From NCBI RefSeq assembly GCF_009914755.1, contig NC_060933.1: 64,000 bases of DNA, one strand, 5' to 3'. Below the pieces are notes generated by a model. It was not told where the DNA came from and did no database searches. It saw only the letters and a program-made list of their open reading frames with translations. Within the stretch, counting starts at the first letter, position 1. Every line of letters starts with the position of its first letter. The stretch comes from the human T2T-CHM13v2.0 reference genome, Homo sapiens. Position numbers and translations under genes: made by a program. Below are positions 1 to 21,881 of the stretch, piece after piece.

Positions 1-760
1 GTAGGAGATTTTTTTTTTTTTTGAGGCAGGGTCTTGCTCTGTCGCCTAGACTAGAGTGCAGTGGTGTGATCTCGGCTCAATACAGCCTCGAACTCCTGGG
101 CTCAAGCGATTCTCCCACCTCAGCCTTCCTCCTGAGTAGGTACACACCACCACACTCAGCTAATTTTCTGTAGAGAGACAATCTCACTATGTTGCTCAGG
201 CTGGCCTCAAACTCCTGGCCTCAAGCAATTCTCCTGTTTCAGCCTCTCAAAGCACTGGGATTACAGGCATGAGCTACTATGCGTGGCTCATAAATGTTTT
301 TGATGTTGTTATTGATGCATAAAAATTCTTAGCAGTTGTGTACTAAAACATTACCAACACCCAGTACACTAATTGGGCTCTAATGCCAAATACATCATTG
401 ATGTTAGGCACAAGTCCCAGTGAAGGAGTAGACACCTAGTACAATTATTTATACTGTATTTTAACATCATCAGGAATACAAAGCATATCAATTCAGGTCT
501 GAATATAAAAATCCTTATTCTGAGGGAGTTAGCCTATATCTCTCGCTATAATTAATTGATAGAAAATCTTTTTTTATTAAGGAGTAAAAGAGTAAAAGAG
601 GTAAAACAGAGAACATAAAAGAAGTTCTACCAACTAGGAAAGCATTTGTACCAAATTCTGGTCTTTGAGAATTCCTGGATGTTTCTTAAATTATCAACTG
701 AGGAAAAAGATAAGTGTCCTATAACCATTAGGTCTACATTATTTAAGAAGATCTATGTAC

Positions 761-864
761 CTTCATTCTCCAAATCTGACTTTTGTGTTTCATCCTGAGT
801 ATCACTCAATTCAACAAGGGAACAAACAGAGTCTGGCTTCTGAATCCATGAACGACTTCTACAT
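761..864 (-). CDS. KIF27: KIF27 exon 8 (104 nt); gene continues beyond the left edge of the window
   Basis: Acceptor tttttaag|A and donor GAAG|gtacat. Continues the exon 7 frame as (R)CRSRSWIQKPDSVCSLVELSDTQDETQKSDLENE. Not in the ORF track. Confidence 0.92.
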
Positions 865-1355
865 CTTAAAAAAAAATCAGAAAGTTAACTTATTTGTTCG
901 TGTTTTCTAATCTGCCCTCAAATTAGTTTCCCCGAAAAGTGAAAGTAATGTTAAAAAAATTATTAGTTACATATAAAAACAGAATGTTACTAATATTGCT
1001 CAAAATAAAAGGATGCCCCCCCCATCCATGTTGAATCCAGTAGAAAAGTCATGTTTGTTGCCAACGTGGCAGCAGAATAAGGAAATCCAAAAAAAAAAAA
1101 AAAAAAAAACCTCTGAAAATTAGAATCTCATTACTATAAAAGCTCTAAAAGCAAAATTATTTTTCAGTTATAAGACTGATGACTTGTGTTCAAATACTAT
1201 TTTCATAACACATTAGATGATAGTACTTTTAGCAAAAGTTACCTACTCTTCTATTAAACATAAAAGATATACTCCAATGGAAAAAACCTACACTTCTATA
1301 TTTATTGCAGCATATAATTCTAAATATTTATTAAATCAGTGTATATTTAACATAC

Positions 1356-1525
1356 CTAGTTCCAGATTTCTCTTGGCCTTCTGATTCTTCATCATCACTG
1401 TTATCAGAAAATTGGCAGTGGAGGACCTTATCTTGTTCTTCTATGTGACCCAACAGCATCTGACTTCGTGTTCGAAATCCAGCAAATATTCGATCCAGAG
1501 AGTACATAGGCGGACTTGTGTGGAC
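1356..1525 (-). CDS. KIF27: KIF27 exon 7 (170 nt)
   Basis: Acceptor ttgcaag|GTC and donor CTAG|gtatgt. Encodes VHTSPPMYSLDRIFAGF...EGQEKSGT(R) within ORF 1331..1555; phase 0 matches exon 6. Confidence 0.93.
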
Positions 1526-3566
1526 CTTGCAAGTGATTCCCCCACCCAACAACAAAAAAAGTGATATTTTAAAAGTCTAATTTTATCCTATTACTCTAAG
1601 TGCTTTTAAAGGGGTTATTAGATTGGCACTCTTAAAATAGCCAATCACTGGAAAATGCTCCCCTCAAACAAAGGTCAAAATTAATTTAACAATACTGTTG
1701 TGCCTCACAGACAAATACTTCTTTCAGAATCCACACAGCTCCTTCTCTTCTGGACAACTCTTCTATCTTCACTTACAGAAAACAGTATTCAAAAATGAAA
1801 CCAAAAGAACGCATGGAAAACATCCTAGCTCTTAAACACAACACAGACACACCCCAACAAATGTACCCTCTTCCCCATCTTCCCAGTTCAGAACACCTGG
1901 AGAACTGTGGTGCTGCCGCCAAAGGTCTGCATCCCCTCCAATCCAAATCCTACCACAGGAAGAAACCCAGAGCCGTCTCCACTCCCTCTGCCAGGGCAAT
2001 ATTCCTAATCTGAATACCACAATGTATATACTTATTCTTTATACATGGTAGTTAGGTATAGCTGAATTAAGGCTCTAGGAAAAATATTTAATATATGTCA
2101 TAGGACAAATAAAATCGTATGGCTAGCCTGGGAGTTTTCTATAGTACAACATTCTTCTATTGGAAATGCACTTTAAATTCTCAAAAAAAAATGACCTTGG
2201 AAAACAACAACAATAAATTAGAAATTGCCTTTATACCTTTGTTCTGGTTTCTATTACAAAATATTTCCTCTGCACCATCTCTGTAACCAAATCTCAAGAT
2301 GACTTCTCTCAAAAGGCAATAAAATCTTAGAGGAGACAGTCCATTTATCAATATAAATTATTATAAGCTGTTAAAATTATAACATATAGTGGAATATGAG
2401 TATCACACAGTGTTTAGGATTTAATCACTTGACAATAGGCCCCCGTCATGTATTCTCTCCTAAAAAATCCTACCTGATTCTGAAAATCATCTTATATCTG
2501 ATTTTTGTGCTTCTGCTGTCAGTCACCTAATTAGATCATCTGTCACATCAGCATCATGATAGATGGGCGTAAAGTTTTTTAGGTGGCCTCCCAATGGGGT
2601 ATGAGGGAGGGGAATTCTTTAAGAAGAACCAACTCAAGAAGTACTGATCTAACAAATACAACGTACTAGACATGGCTATTTTATCCCATAACTGGCAGGC
2701 ATCTAGTTTTCTTTTGTGAGAGTTTGGGAATTATTTAAGGAGCAAATAATAAAATCTTTGTTCAGAGTCCAACTTCATTCTCTGGGATTGTAATTTCCTT
2801 TTAAAATTTCTTTTTACAAAGAAAACCAAATGTCCAGAGCTATTATAGTATTCATACCACCCAAGGCTGCCTGATGCAAAGTCCATGACACTGCTCATGT
2901 ATCACTTGCCTTTCATTTCTTATCCCTCTGACTGTAACAACCAGATGGATCTCACGTGAACAAATCATTTCCCTTCATAAAATGAGGAAACAGAAACCAG
3001 AATTCATGAACCTGCTAAACCAAAACTCATGAATCTGCTAATTACGTCTTTTCCATAATAGAGATTCTTTGATAATTCTTAAAACTGTGTGTGTATATAT
3101 TTACCAACCACACACAAACTAAAATTTATATTGATATTTATATTGTCTTGATTATGTCTACTTGGTAAGACTGAACAGCATATAAATATTATTTCAAAAA
3201 TGACAGACCAAACAAGTTGAAATAAATATCCTCTAACATCTCAACTTTGTGTGGTTAAAGGAAGAAATAAATTCATGTAGATATTAAACTTGGTCATGTC
3301 TGAAAATATGGCAAAGGATACCTTTTTCACATTGAAGAAGTATGGACATTATCTCCATCCAACTATTCCCTCCAAATGTAACTGTGTATTCTCTTGTTTA
3401 TTAGTTTTTTTATTAGAAAGAAGTATGCTTAAAAGAAAAGGTATACACAAAATTCCATAAAATCAAACAAAAAAAATCTGCTGAGACTGTATAAATACAC
3501 TGTGATATTACACATGGCTAAAATTTTTTTAATCTCCAAATAAGGAAAAGATTGTTTGGACTTTAC

Positions 3567-3773
3567 CTTCCTGGAATCTTGTCTTGATGGGATATAAATA
3601 TAATGCCCCAAATGAGTATCAAATGGTACAGTATATGGTCTCCTTTCAGGGATCCTGGCATCTGGCCCATCTCCACAATTTTCTTTAGCTGAAGAAGTCA
3701 CTGACAGGTTAAGTTTTGTTAGTTCTTCACTCAGTTGATCCACAAGAAGTTGTTGTTCTATTATTTTTTCATT
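3567..3773 (-). CDS. KIF27: KIF27 exon 6 (207 nt)
   Basis: Acceptor ctcttctacaaag|AAT and donor AAG|gtaaag. Encodes NEKIIEQQLLVDQLSEEL...PSRQDSRK (ORF 3429..3812). Confidence 0.94.
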
Positions 3774-4649
3774 CTTTGTAGAAGAGAGATGAAAATTTTT
3801 AATATAGAGCACTTCAGTACATTTAGATTATGATTAAAAATGAATTTTACATTGACCAAAATCATAACTACTTTAATAATACAGTCAATTCTCATTTATC
3901 CAGAGACTAGCTCTCTGGTGTTCACAAGTAACTAACATTGTTCTGAGTGGTAAAACCTTTTTAATAGTAAGGAGCAACAAACACAGCCAAAAAAGTCAAA
4001 AGTCAAATACTCAAAGATAACACGCCATCCACTGTGACTGGATGCTTTGCCAACCTGAAGCACTTTGATTAGCTATCTTTATTAAAGTATGGACTTTCTG
4101 AGTGAAATCCAAGAAGTAAAAAGAAACAAGAAAGTTCAAAAAGTGGAGAAAGAATTGTAGGCAGCAGAGTTTGCAGCAAAGGAGGCAGAAGGAGGTAACA
4201 AGTGCAGGGAAGTGAAAGCCTTAGTGAAAAAGGAAGCCAAAAGCAGACAGATAGAAGATAGCCAACTGATAGTCCTGAGAGGAAGGAGAACTTGGAAATC
4301 AAAGGCAGAACAAATTGTGTATCAGGAATGTGTGTGTGTGTTTGTGTATATGTGGTTTAGTATTTTTTGTGTATCCTCTAAAGAAAATTTTTGAAGTGTA
4401 TCAAATCTAGAAAGCTCTAATGTCAATCTTTGTTTTACAAGCACAAATTTATGTAAATAAGAAACAGTCATTCATCTTAATACTTCACATGTACTACAAT
4501 GTTGAAATAGGAAAAAAAACCTTACATTTTCATTGTATAAATGCTGAGCAATAAAAATGCAACCTTACTTAAAAATCACGTATTCAGATAATTAAAATAT
4601 ACAACATCAAAGGATTCAATGGAGTTCTTACATTGCCTGGGAAAAGGAT

Positions 4650-10900
<6,251 letters not shown>

Positions 10901-11932
10901 ATATACTTTAGTTTTATGTTTTTAAATTATTATACAATTAGGGCCAGGCATGGTGGCTCATACCTGTAATCAATCTCAGCACTTTGGGAAGCTGAGGTGG
11001 TAGGATCACTGAGCCCAGGAGTTCGAGACCAGCTTGAGCAACACAGTGAGACCCTGTCTCCACAAAAAAATCAGAAAATTAGCCGGGCACGGTGGCATGC
11101 ACCTGTGGTCACAGCTACTCATGAGGCTGAGGCGGGAGGATCACTTGAGCCTGGGAGGTCGAGGCTGCAGTGAGCTGTGATTGTGCCAGTGCACACCAGC
11201 CTGAGCAACAGAATGAGATCCTGTCTCAAAACAAACAAAACAACAACAACAAACAACAACAAAATACAATTAGAAGGGTTAAAAAAGAAAACAAAAATCA
11301 AACAACGTAAAAATCAAAATCTGATGTGTGCTGGATCAGATTATTTCTCGGGGCATTAGTTATTCCCTGATAGGAAGCTAAAGGCTTTAAATGATATTAA
11401 CTATTTGGGGTGATGGGAGAAGCCACAGCCAGGGAGTTTAATATGTAGAGGCATACTATGTTATACTGTAGACATATCCATGTTAATATAATAGGAAAGC
11501 TAAGATAGAAAATTTGAAAGATGTAAGCAAAGTTAAAAAGCAAATCACTCACGAGGTGTAAGAGGATAATTTAATACATTTTAAAGTTTAAATTATGTAT
11601 TTACCATCCAACTCCTAACAATATTGCATTTCCTAATACCTTGGCAAACAACAGGAAGGAAAAGTATGGAAAAATAACCATGATATGATTTATAAATTAA
11701 TTTCCTGGGTATTATCTTTATATTTCTAAAACCAAAGTCAGGCTAACAATAAAAATGTTTCCATTTAAGCAGATTTAAAGGAAAAACTAATAATTCTTTC
11801 AGGTGCCTATGTTCAGAACTCTTCAAATGAACATCCTTTTTTTAAGTTCCCATTTATCATTTAAAATGCTACTGTGTTTAGTTAGGTACTATTTCAAGAA
11901 AATCTACAGAGCTAGATGCATTAAGAAACTAC

Positions 11933-12076
11933 CTGCAGTCTATTCACTTTTTGCGCTTCTTTCAAAGATACAGCATGCCCTTTGTTTTCCTGTACCATCA
12001 TCTGCACTTGATTCTTCAGTTCCTTCACCTCCAGTTCCTTCTGATTAAATACTACTTCATCAGCAGCAAGCACACA
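11933..12076 (-). CDS. KIF27: KIF27 exon 5 (144 nt), coiled coil
   Basis: Acceptor ctttccccactag|TGT and donor CAG|gtagtt. Reads CVLAADEVVFNQKELEVKELKNQVQMMVQENKGHAVSLKEAQKVNRLQ, phase 0-0. Not in the ORF track. Confidence 0.93.
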
Positions 12077-12699
12077 CTAGTGGGGAAAGAAAGCACAAGT
12101 GACATTCACCACAGAAAATAATCAAGAAACCCCATATGATAACACAAAAATGGTGATTTGATTATAGCTTGATGATGTCTCATAAATTTTTTTTCATTTT
12201 CAACTTTTTCTGATTTCTTTCTAAGAAAGGCAGAAAGAGTTGAGAGAACCTACCATTGCTATAACACAGGAATTCATTACCATGAAGACAGAAGATTTTC
12301 CTGATTTTTACTTCCTGTATATAAAAACTAGTTGTTTTGGTTCTAGAGTACCTTCACTAAGATTTTTACAAGTTTGCTAGAACTGCTATGAGATTTTAAT
12401 GTGGATCACTCAAAGAGCTCACATTTTCCAAATTGACATATAGGGTTATAAGAATACATTAGGGCATTTGAATGAAGCAGATTTGCTGATTTTGTACACT
12501 TTCATTATGAAGAGATATATTTTGAAGATGTCTAAAAATGATTAAACAGTTTTACTTTTTGGTTTCTAGTAAATTTGCCGATTTTTAAGTACATTTGGGA
12601 TATGTAAATAATAAAGTAGTTTTTAAATGAAATAAACAGAAAATTATTTGTCGAGAGCCTCATTCCACATATTGGCTTGGCATTTTAAAAATCTCACTA

Positions 12700-12995
12700 A
12701 ATAAGATGTTGGTGTGGATGCGGTGATCAGGGAACACTTCTACACTGCTAGTGGGAATGTAAACTAGTACAGCCACTATGAACAACAGTGTGGAGATTCC
12801 TTGAAGGACTAAAAGTAGAACTACCATTTGATCCAGCAATCCCACACTACTGGGTATCTACCCAGAAGAAAAGAAGTCATTATACAAAAAAGATACTTGC
12901 ACACGCATGTTTACAGCAGCACAATTCGCAATTGCAAAATTGTGGAACCAAACCAAATGCCTATCAATCAACGAATGGATAAAGAAACTGTGATA
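12700..12995 (+). mobile_element. L1 ORF2 3'-end fragment (L1PB-like)
   Basis: Translates to [18 protein letters not shown], typical of the L1 ORF2 C-terminus. Confidence 0.8.
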
Positions 12996-13589
12996 TATAT
13001 ACACGTATATATATACGTGTATATATATGTATATATCACAACTCCTATATAAACCAACTCCAACATTCAAGCTTCCAATTACCAGTACTTCCTGTTCCAC
13101 CAGTTTCTTATACTAATGAGGAAGGTCCTGCTCTACCTAGACAGTTATTACCTTTCAGAAAAAAAAAAAATAAAGAACTAAAAAAAAGATTTAAAAAGTA
13201 TTACCTTACCTGTTTTTATGCTATTATTTATTTATTCATTTATTTTTAGAGACAGGGTCTCACTCTGCCACCCAGGCTGGAGTGCAGTGGTGCAATCATA
13301 GCTCACTGCAGCCTTGAACTCCTGGGCTCAAGTAATCCTCCCACCTAAGCCTCCCGAGTAGGTGGGACCACAGGCGTATGCCACCATGCCTGGCTAGTTT
13401 TTTGATTTTTTGTAGAAACAGGGGTCTCATTTTGTTTCCCAGACTGGTTTCAAACTCCTGGGCTCAAAACAATCCTCCAGCCTCAGCCTCCCAAAGTGCT
13501 GTGATTACAGGCATAAGCCACTGTGCTGGCTGAGACTAGTACATTTTAATGTATAGATCTTAATGTAACAAGATAGTTTCAAATCTCAT

Positions 13590-14375
<786 letters not shown>

Positions 14376-15331
14376 CTGCTGTAACAGAGGATAATACAAA
14401 TGCCTTCTTTATAATATTACATGTAAAAAGGCTTTGAGGAAATATGTCTAGCTAGATAGAGAAATAAGCTTAGAGCTTAAAAAAAAGGAAATATACTTAA
14501 CTATATTTCCTTTTTAACTAAAAAGCTATCTTTTTAAGTTTTTCTACTTTGAAAAATGGACAGAACCATGGAAGCTGGGAACCATGTTGTCTCAGGAACA
14601 ACTGAAGGACCATTCATTTGCTCACTAGCTTGCAAACTCCACCCAAGCAAGCAGTAACTAGGTGTGTCCTGTCCTCCACTATTCCCACGACATACAATCT
14701 TCACACAATAAACAGTTTCTGAATGAAAAGTGGGGAAATGTAAATCTGAACTCAATACACGTACATGTAACATGTATACATGTATATACCTACATTCCTT
14801 AAACATTAATAAATATGCTAATTTGTTGGTTTTTTTTAAAACCTATACTCCAAACACAAGAGATGAAGTATTTTTTTCTTTCAAGAACTACTGACCAAGA
14901 GAGGGAGAAAAACTCAGTAAAAGATAACTTAAGTTTTATTTCCGAAACAAGTTTATTTTCAGTCTCTAAATTGACAACCAGGTCCACAAAGTTCTATTTA
15001 ATAAATATAACAAATTAAAATACACTTTAACCAAAGGAGAAAGGAGGAGGAGCCAAGAAGGGTATGAATTGTGAGGAGGAAGCAATAGGAAAGGGGAGGG
15101 TAGAAAGAACAAAGTAAGAGAGGCAAGTGGGATTCCATATATAAATCATTTTTTAAAAAAACCTGAAATTCCAAAATCACTCTTAGAATTTACTTGCCCA
15201 AATAAATTTAGTCCTTAAAAGAGTTATCCATAACAATGTCTAAATATGTTAACACATGTACCCCCAAAATATGTACATCTATTATGTATCAATAAAATAA
15301 ATAAATAAATAAATAAGTGATGTCTAAGTAC

Positions 15332-16290
15332 CTGGCATTTCTTAAGCTCTCTCTTCAGCTGGAGAACTGTAACATGCTGTGGTCCTTCTTCCAGACTTGC
15401 AGTGCCTCCGATTCCTCGAAATGAGGTGAGGACAGCCTTCCTGACCTCTTGGATCATGTTAAACCACTCCTGCAGTTTGTGTTGCTGCTTTTCGTTTAGT
15501 CTGACAGTATCTTTTAGGTCAACCAGGAAGGTAAAGGCTTCTTCTACACAACACTGGTAACCCAGACATTCTCCTTGAAGCTGAGCTACTTGCTCCTCAA
15601 GAGAATGAATCCTATTTGTATCAGGACTCCCTTCTCGATTGATCTGGGTAGTTTGGCTGACACCAGCCTGCTGGCTTTGCAAAGCTTCTCGAAGCAATTT
15701 AATCTCAAATTCCATTTCATCTATACGGTCTGACTCGGGGCTGAAGTTTACAGTGGGTTTGTTTCTAATGTTCCGTGCTCTGTTGGCATATTTGAGAGAA
15801 TTTAAGGACTCATCAAAATTCGAGGAGGAGGGGCTGACACATGTGATCATGACAGTCTTAGCACTGCCTCCCAGAGAATCTTTCAGAAGCCGGGTAATTT
15901 TAGCATCCCTATATGGAATATGTGAACTCTTCCTGCGTGGGTCCCCAAGAGCGCTTATTACATTTCCTAAAGCCAGCAATCCACTATTGATTTGAATGGA
16001 TTCTTTGAACCGTTCACCAGTATTCCCCGTTTTGGTTACTCTTTCTGATCCTGCCAAATCCACAAAGTGGAACTTTGAGACAATATGCCGAGGGGAATAC
16101 CATGATCCATCTTCAGCTGCCTCCATATTTTTATGAACTTGACAAATGCTGATTGTAAAAATTGCATGTGATCTGCTGGAGTGCTCATTCATTTGAGTGG
16201 TACCTGTATGTCTGGCTGCATTCCCCATCTCCAAAAGACTCATCACTTCACCTGCACTCTCCACATGGCATTCCTTGGCCCCAACAATCA
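15332..16290 (-). CDS. KIF27: KIF27 exon 4 (959 nt): C-terminal half of the kinesin motor domain plus neck/coiled coil
   Basis: Switch I MNEHSSRSH, switch II DLAGSE, HIPYRDAKITRLLKDSLGG and LKYANRARNI. Acceptor attttaag|TG, donor CAG|gtactt. Confidence 0.97.
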
Positions 16291-16745
16291 CTTAAAATAG
16301 TAATAACATGTTTTTAAGCCAAGTTTTCATCAAAACCTAGTATAGTTAACAGTTACCATTTGCTAAACAGCCTGGCCAAGATAGTCCCTTTTTTAAAAAG
16401 TCAACAGCATTTCAGATAATAATAATAACATCAGCAACATCATCAAATAATTTTGGATAATCTCCCAAAGAAACTATTTTAACAGACAGCACTTATTTTG
16501 ATGTTTATATTCTAAAAGCTACAATTTTTTGAAAAAACAATCTAGTTTATCTTGAGTCATGAGTCACACTCAATTCCTTAAAATGACTGACAAAAGAAAA
16601 ACCCTTCATTCCAGTCTTTTGATTTGTAAAGCCTAATAGATTAATCCTTTTTTTTTTCTTGAGACGGAGTCTCGGCCTGTTGCCCAGGCTAGAGTGCAGT
16701 GTCACAATCTTGGCTCACTGCAACCTCTACCTCGGGTTCAAGTGA

Positions 16746-16988
<243 letters not shown>

Positions 16989-17241
16989 TAATCAGTAGAT
17001 TAGAAGAATTAATTAGTATCAATTAAAAGGCATTCGTTTTTTTTTTCAGTTTTGTTAATAATCAAGCCATCCTTAGCTTTTATGTTTTTTGGTATCGTGA
17101 GGTCATAATCAATGAAGAGTAAAAAATTCAATACAAATAAAGTTGGTTATTCATTTTAAAAATAGGTATGGTTTATAAATAAAGTTGGTTATTCATTTTA
17201 AAAACAGGTATCTGTTTACCTTGCATCAGAGTGCAAGGTAA

Positions 17242-17514
<273 letters not shown>

Positions 17515-17949
17515 TGAGTAGCTGGGATTACAGGCGCCCACCACCACGCCTGGCTAATTTTTTGTATTTTTAGTACAGACGGGGTTTCACTGTGTTAGCT
17601 AGGATGGTCTCGATCTCCTGACCTCGTGATCCACCTGCCTCGGCCTCCCAAAGTGCTGGGATTACAGGCGTGAGCCACCGCACCCGGCCTATATCCAAAA
17701 ATATTTCAAAGAGAAGTAGGTGGACTTAGGAATTGAATCAGAGAAGAAAAGCTCCTGATTTCATGCTCAAATTATATTGCCATAATTCCTCTTTACTCAG
17801 ATACTGTCACATCACTATTTCTTTAAAAAATAATCATTTCAGTTTCATTATTTCCATCATGACACTTTTTAAACAACCCAGTTCATTTAAAGTCCTGTAA
17901 GTCATAGTAAAACTTTCATTAAATTTTTCCAGTGTTAGGCTATAAGTTA

Positions 17950-18135
17950 GCACTATGGTTCTCGAATCCAGATGCAAATCACCTGGTAGCTTTATAAAAA
18001 GAAAGTGCCAATGCCCAGGTACCATCTCAGACCAATTAAATCAGAATCCCTGTGAAGTAGGACCCAGAAATCAGTATTTTTAAAAAGCTTCCCACGTGTA
18101 CTAATTGTGTGGCAGCCAGCATGGACATCACTGCT
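17950..18135. mobile_element. MER5-like hAT MITE
   Basis: GGTTCTC...AATCACCTGG...AGACCAATTAAATCAGAATC...TTTTAAAAAGCTTCCCA pattern typical of MER5. Confidence 0.6.
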
Positions 18136-18651
18136 TCACACAGAGATTCTAAAGAAATATGTCAAACAAATGCACTTTACTTGTAAGTGGGACATTATGT
18201 AAGACATACTGTAATTTAAGATCATTTGTAACATCCTTCCAAAATTTTTTCAGCATTGATATCAGATATGAAGTATTTTGATCAAGTTTATCAAGAGTGA
18301 TGGTGAAGTGTATATACTTCTATCCTGCTTGATATTTTACAAAGAAGCATGTATTATTTTTGTAACTCTTTAATAAAAGATGAAAACATTCAATAATTGT
18401 ATTCCATAAGATAAAGGAGCTCAAAACATCAGTATGAATTCTATCCAGAAGAGATAAACTGTACTGAATTATCTAATAAGACCATAAGCTACCATATATA
18501 GTTTCTTCTTAAAAAACAAAAACAAATACAATTTCCTCAACCATGCAGGAATGCCAGGACAGGGCTATAAAGATGCAAGATTTGCTGCCTCCTATAGCCT
18601 GCTATTTGAATGACTAAAGCCATCTTACTTTCCTAACTTTCCTAACTGCTA

Positions 18652-19043
<392 letters not shown>

Positions 19044-19374
19044 TCACTGCAATATTATTAATAATAGTTAAAACCTAGAAACAGCCTAAATGTCCAACAA
19101 TGGAATATTAAATAACTATAAACACATTCATAAGACAAATTACCATATAAACATGAAGAGTCATAAGTATGAAAAATATTTAAACATATGTGAAAATATT
19201 CAAAATATAAATATTAAGTGAAATCTAAAATGCAAAACTGTGCGTAGGGTTGCAAGTATACATTTTTAAAAAATTATATGGGCCAGGCATGGTGGCTCAT
19301 GCCTGTAATCCCAGCACTTTGGGAGGCCGAGGTGGGAGGATCACGAGGTCAGGAGATCAAGACAATCCTGGCTA

Positions 19375-19678
<304 letters not shown>

Positions 19679-20316
19679 CTAGGATTAAAGATAATCTTTT
19701 AACTTTCTTCCTTATACTTTCCTGTTTTCAAAATACTCTATGATGAACATGTTAGCTTTTAAACCAGAAAAGCATAAATTGTTATTCTTTAAAATATTTG
19801 CAGTTTGAGCCTCCCATTCTAACCTTCTCCCATTTCCAACAAATGGGTATTGGTTAATGAAATTAACAGGCTACTAATGCAGAAAGTCAGACCTTGAGGA
19901 ACACAACAAAAAAAAACAGGTAAATGTCAATATCAAAAAACAAAAATATAAACTCTCAACTTTAAAAAAAGAGGAAGAAGTATGTGTGCTGGGACAAAAA
20001 TCAAAGAAAAGAAAGGCAAGTTCTGGGTCAACTTTGATAAACACTTAAAGCAAAAGCCACCTCCAATCTCATGGTAGAGCTGAGAGGAAGAAAGATACAA
20101 AAACAAATTTAGCCTATATCACAGTCTCATCTGAAGTCAGTCTAGAGGGAAACAATGATAGGAAATCAGTATCTTGCATTACAAATTAATAACTTCACCT
20201 TACCAACCAGTCTGAACTACTTTTTCATCTGAGTGATTTAAGAGAGATTAATAGGCTGGGAGCAGTGGCTCACGCCTGTAATCCCAGCACTTTGGGAGGC
20301 TGAGGCAGGCGGATCA

Positions 20317-20628
<312 letters not shown>

Positions 20629-20723
20629 TTAAAGATTCCTTGGAATATATCCAGAAACTTAATTAAAGCATTAAAGCATGTCTGTTTGCTAATGAAGGCA
20701 ACTGATTAAGTGTGCTACTTTAC

Positions 20724-20924
20724 CTGTGTTTCCTTTTTCATCTTCTCGGATGTGAAGATCCTTCATGGATGTCTCCAATTCTAGAAGATCTCTTAGGTCT
20801 TCCTTGTACACTTCTATATAAGATACTTTTACATTAAAGTCAATGCTAGGATGTTCAGAGATGCTTTGAAATATTTCTTGAATAGCTCGAGGAATGATAC
20901 CCTTTTGGCCCTCCACAACTGAAG
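20724..20924 (-). CDS. KIF27: KIF27 exon 3 (201 nt), motor domain
   Basis: GIIPRA...VSYIEVYKEDLRDLL...IREDEKGNT kinesin motifs. Acceptor ttttcag|CT, donor CAG|gtaaag, phase 1-1. Confidence 0.96.
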
Positions 20925-20995
20925 CTGAAAATTTAGAAAAAGAAAGCACATCTGGAACTTAAAACAAAAGCAAAGCTACAACCCCAAATTTATAG

Positions 20996-21217
<222 letters not shown>

Positions 21218-21743
21218 TAAAATTAACAAGTAACAGTTTTCACATGTATCCCCTTACCAAGAATTTATTCATGTATTCATTGAACAAGTATTTATTTAGT
21301 ATCTACTATGTGCCAGGCACTTTTCTAGGACTCTGCAATCCACCAATAAACAAAACAGGGAGAAAAGAAATCCCTTCCCTGGTGAGATTCTGCTAAAGAC
21401 AGACAATAGCAAAAAAGAATAACTGATAAGTGAATTATATGGCATATTAAAAAGTGTTAATTGTACCTGGAGGAAAAAAAATACGGCAGGGTAGGGGGAC
21501 TAGAAGTGTAACTACCAGCCGAGAGATGCTTGCAACTTTAAATAGGAAGGTCATGGTGGGCATCATTCAGAAGGTGACATCTGAGAAAAGACTTGAAAGA
21601 GGCCAAGCGCAGTGGCTCATGCCTGTAATCCCAGACTTTGGGAGGCTAAGGCATGCAGATCACTTGAGCCCAGGAGTTCAAGACCAGCTTGGGAAACATG
21701 GTGAAACCCTGTCCCTACTAAAAATACAAAAATTAGCTAGCTA

Positions 21744-21881
<138 letters not shown>

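Noticed and set aside
15639-15995. 118-aa antisense ORF over exon 4
   Set aside because: Shadow ORF opposite a coding exon, with a TTG start and no independent support.
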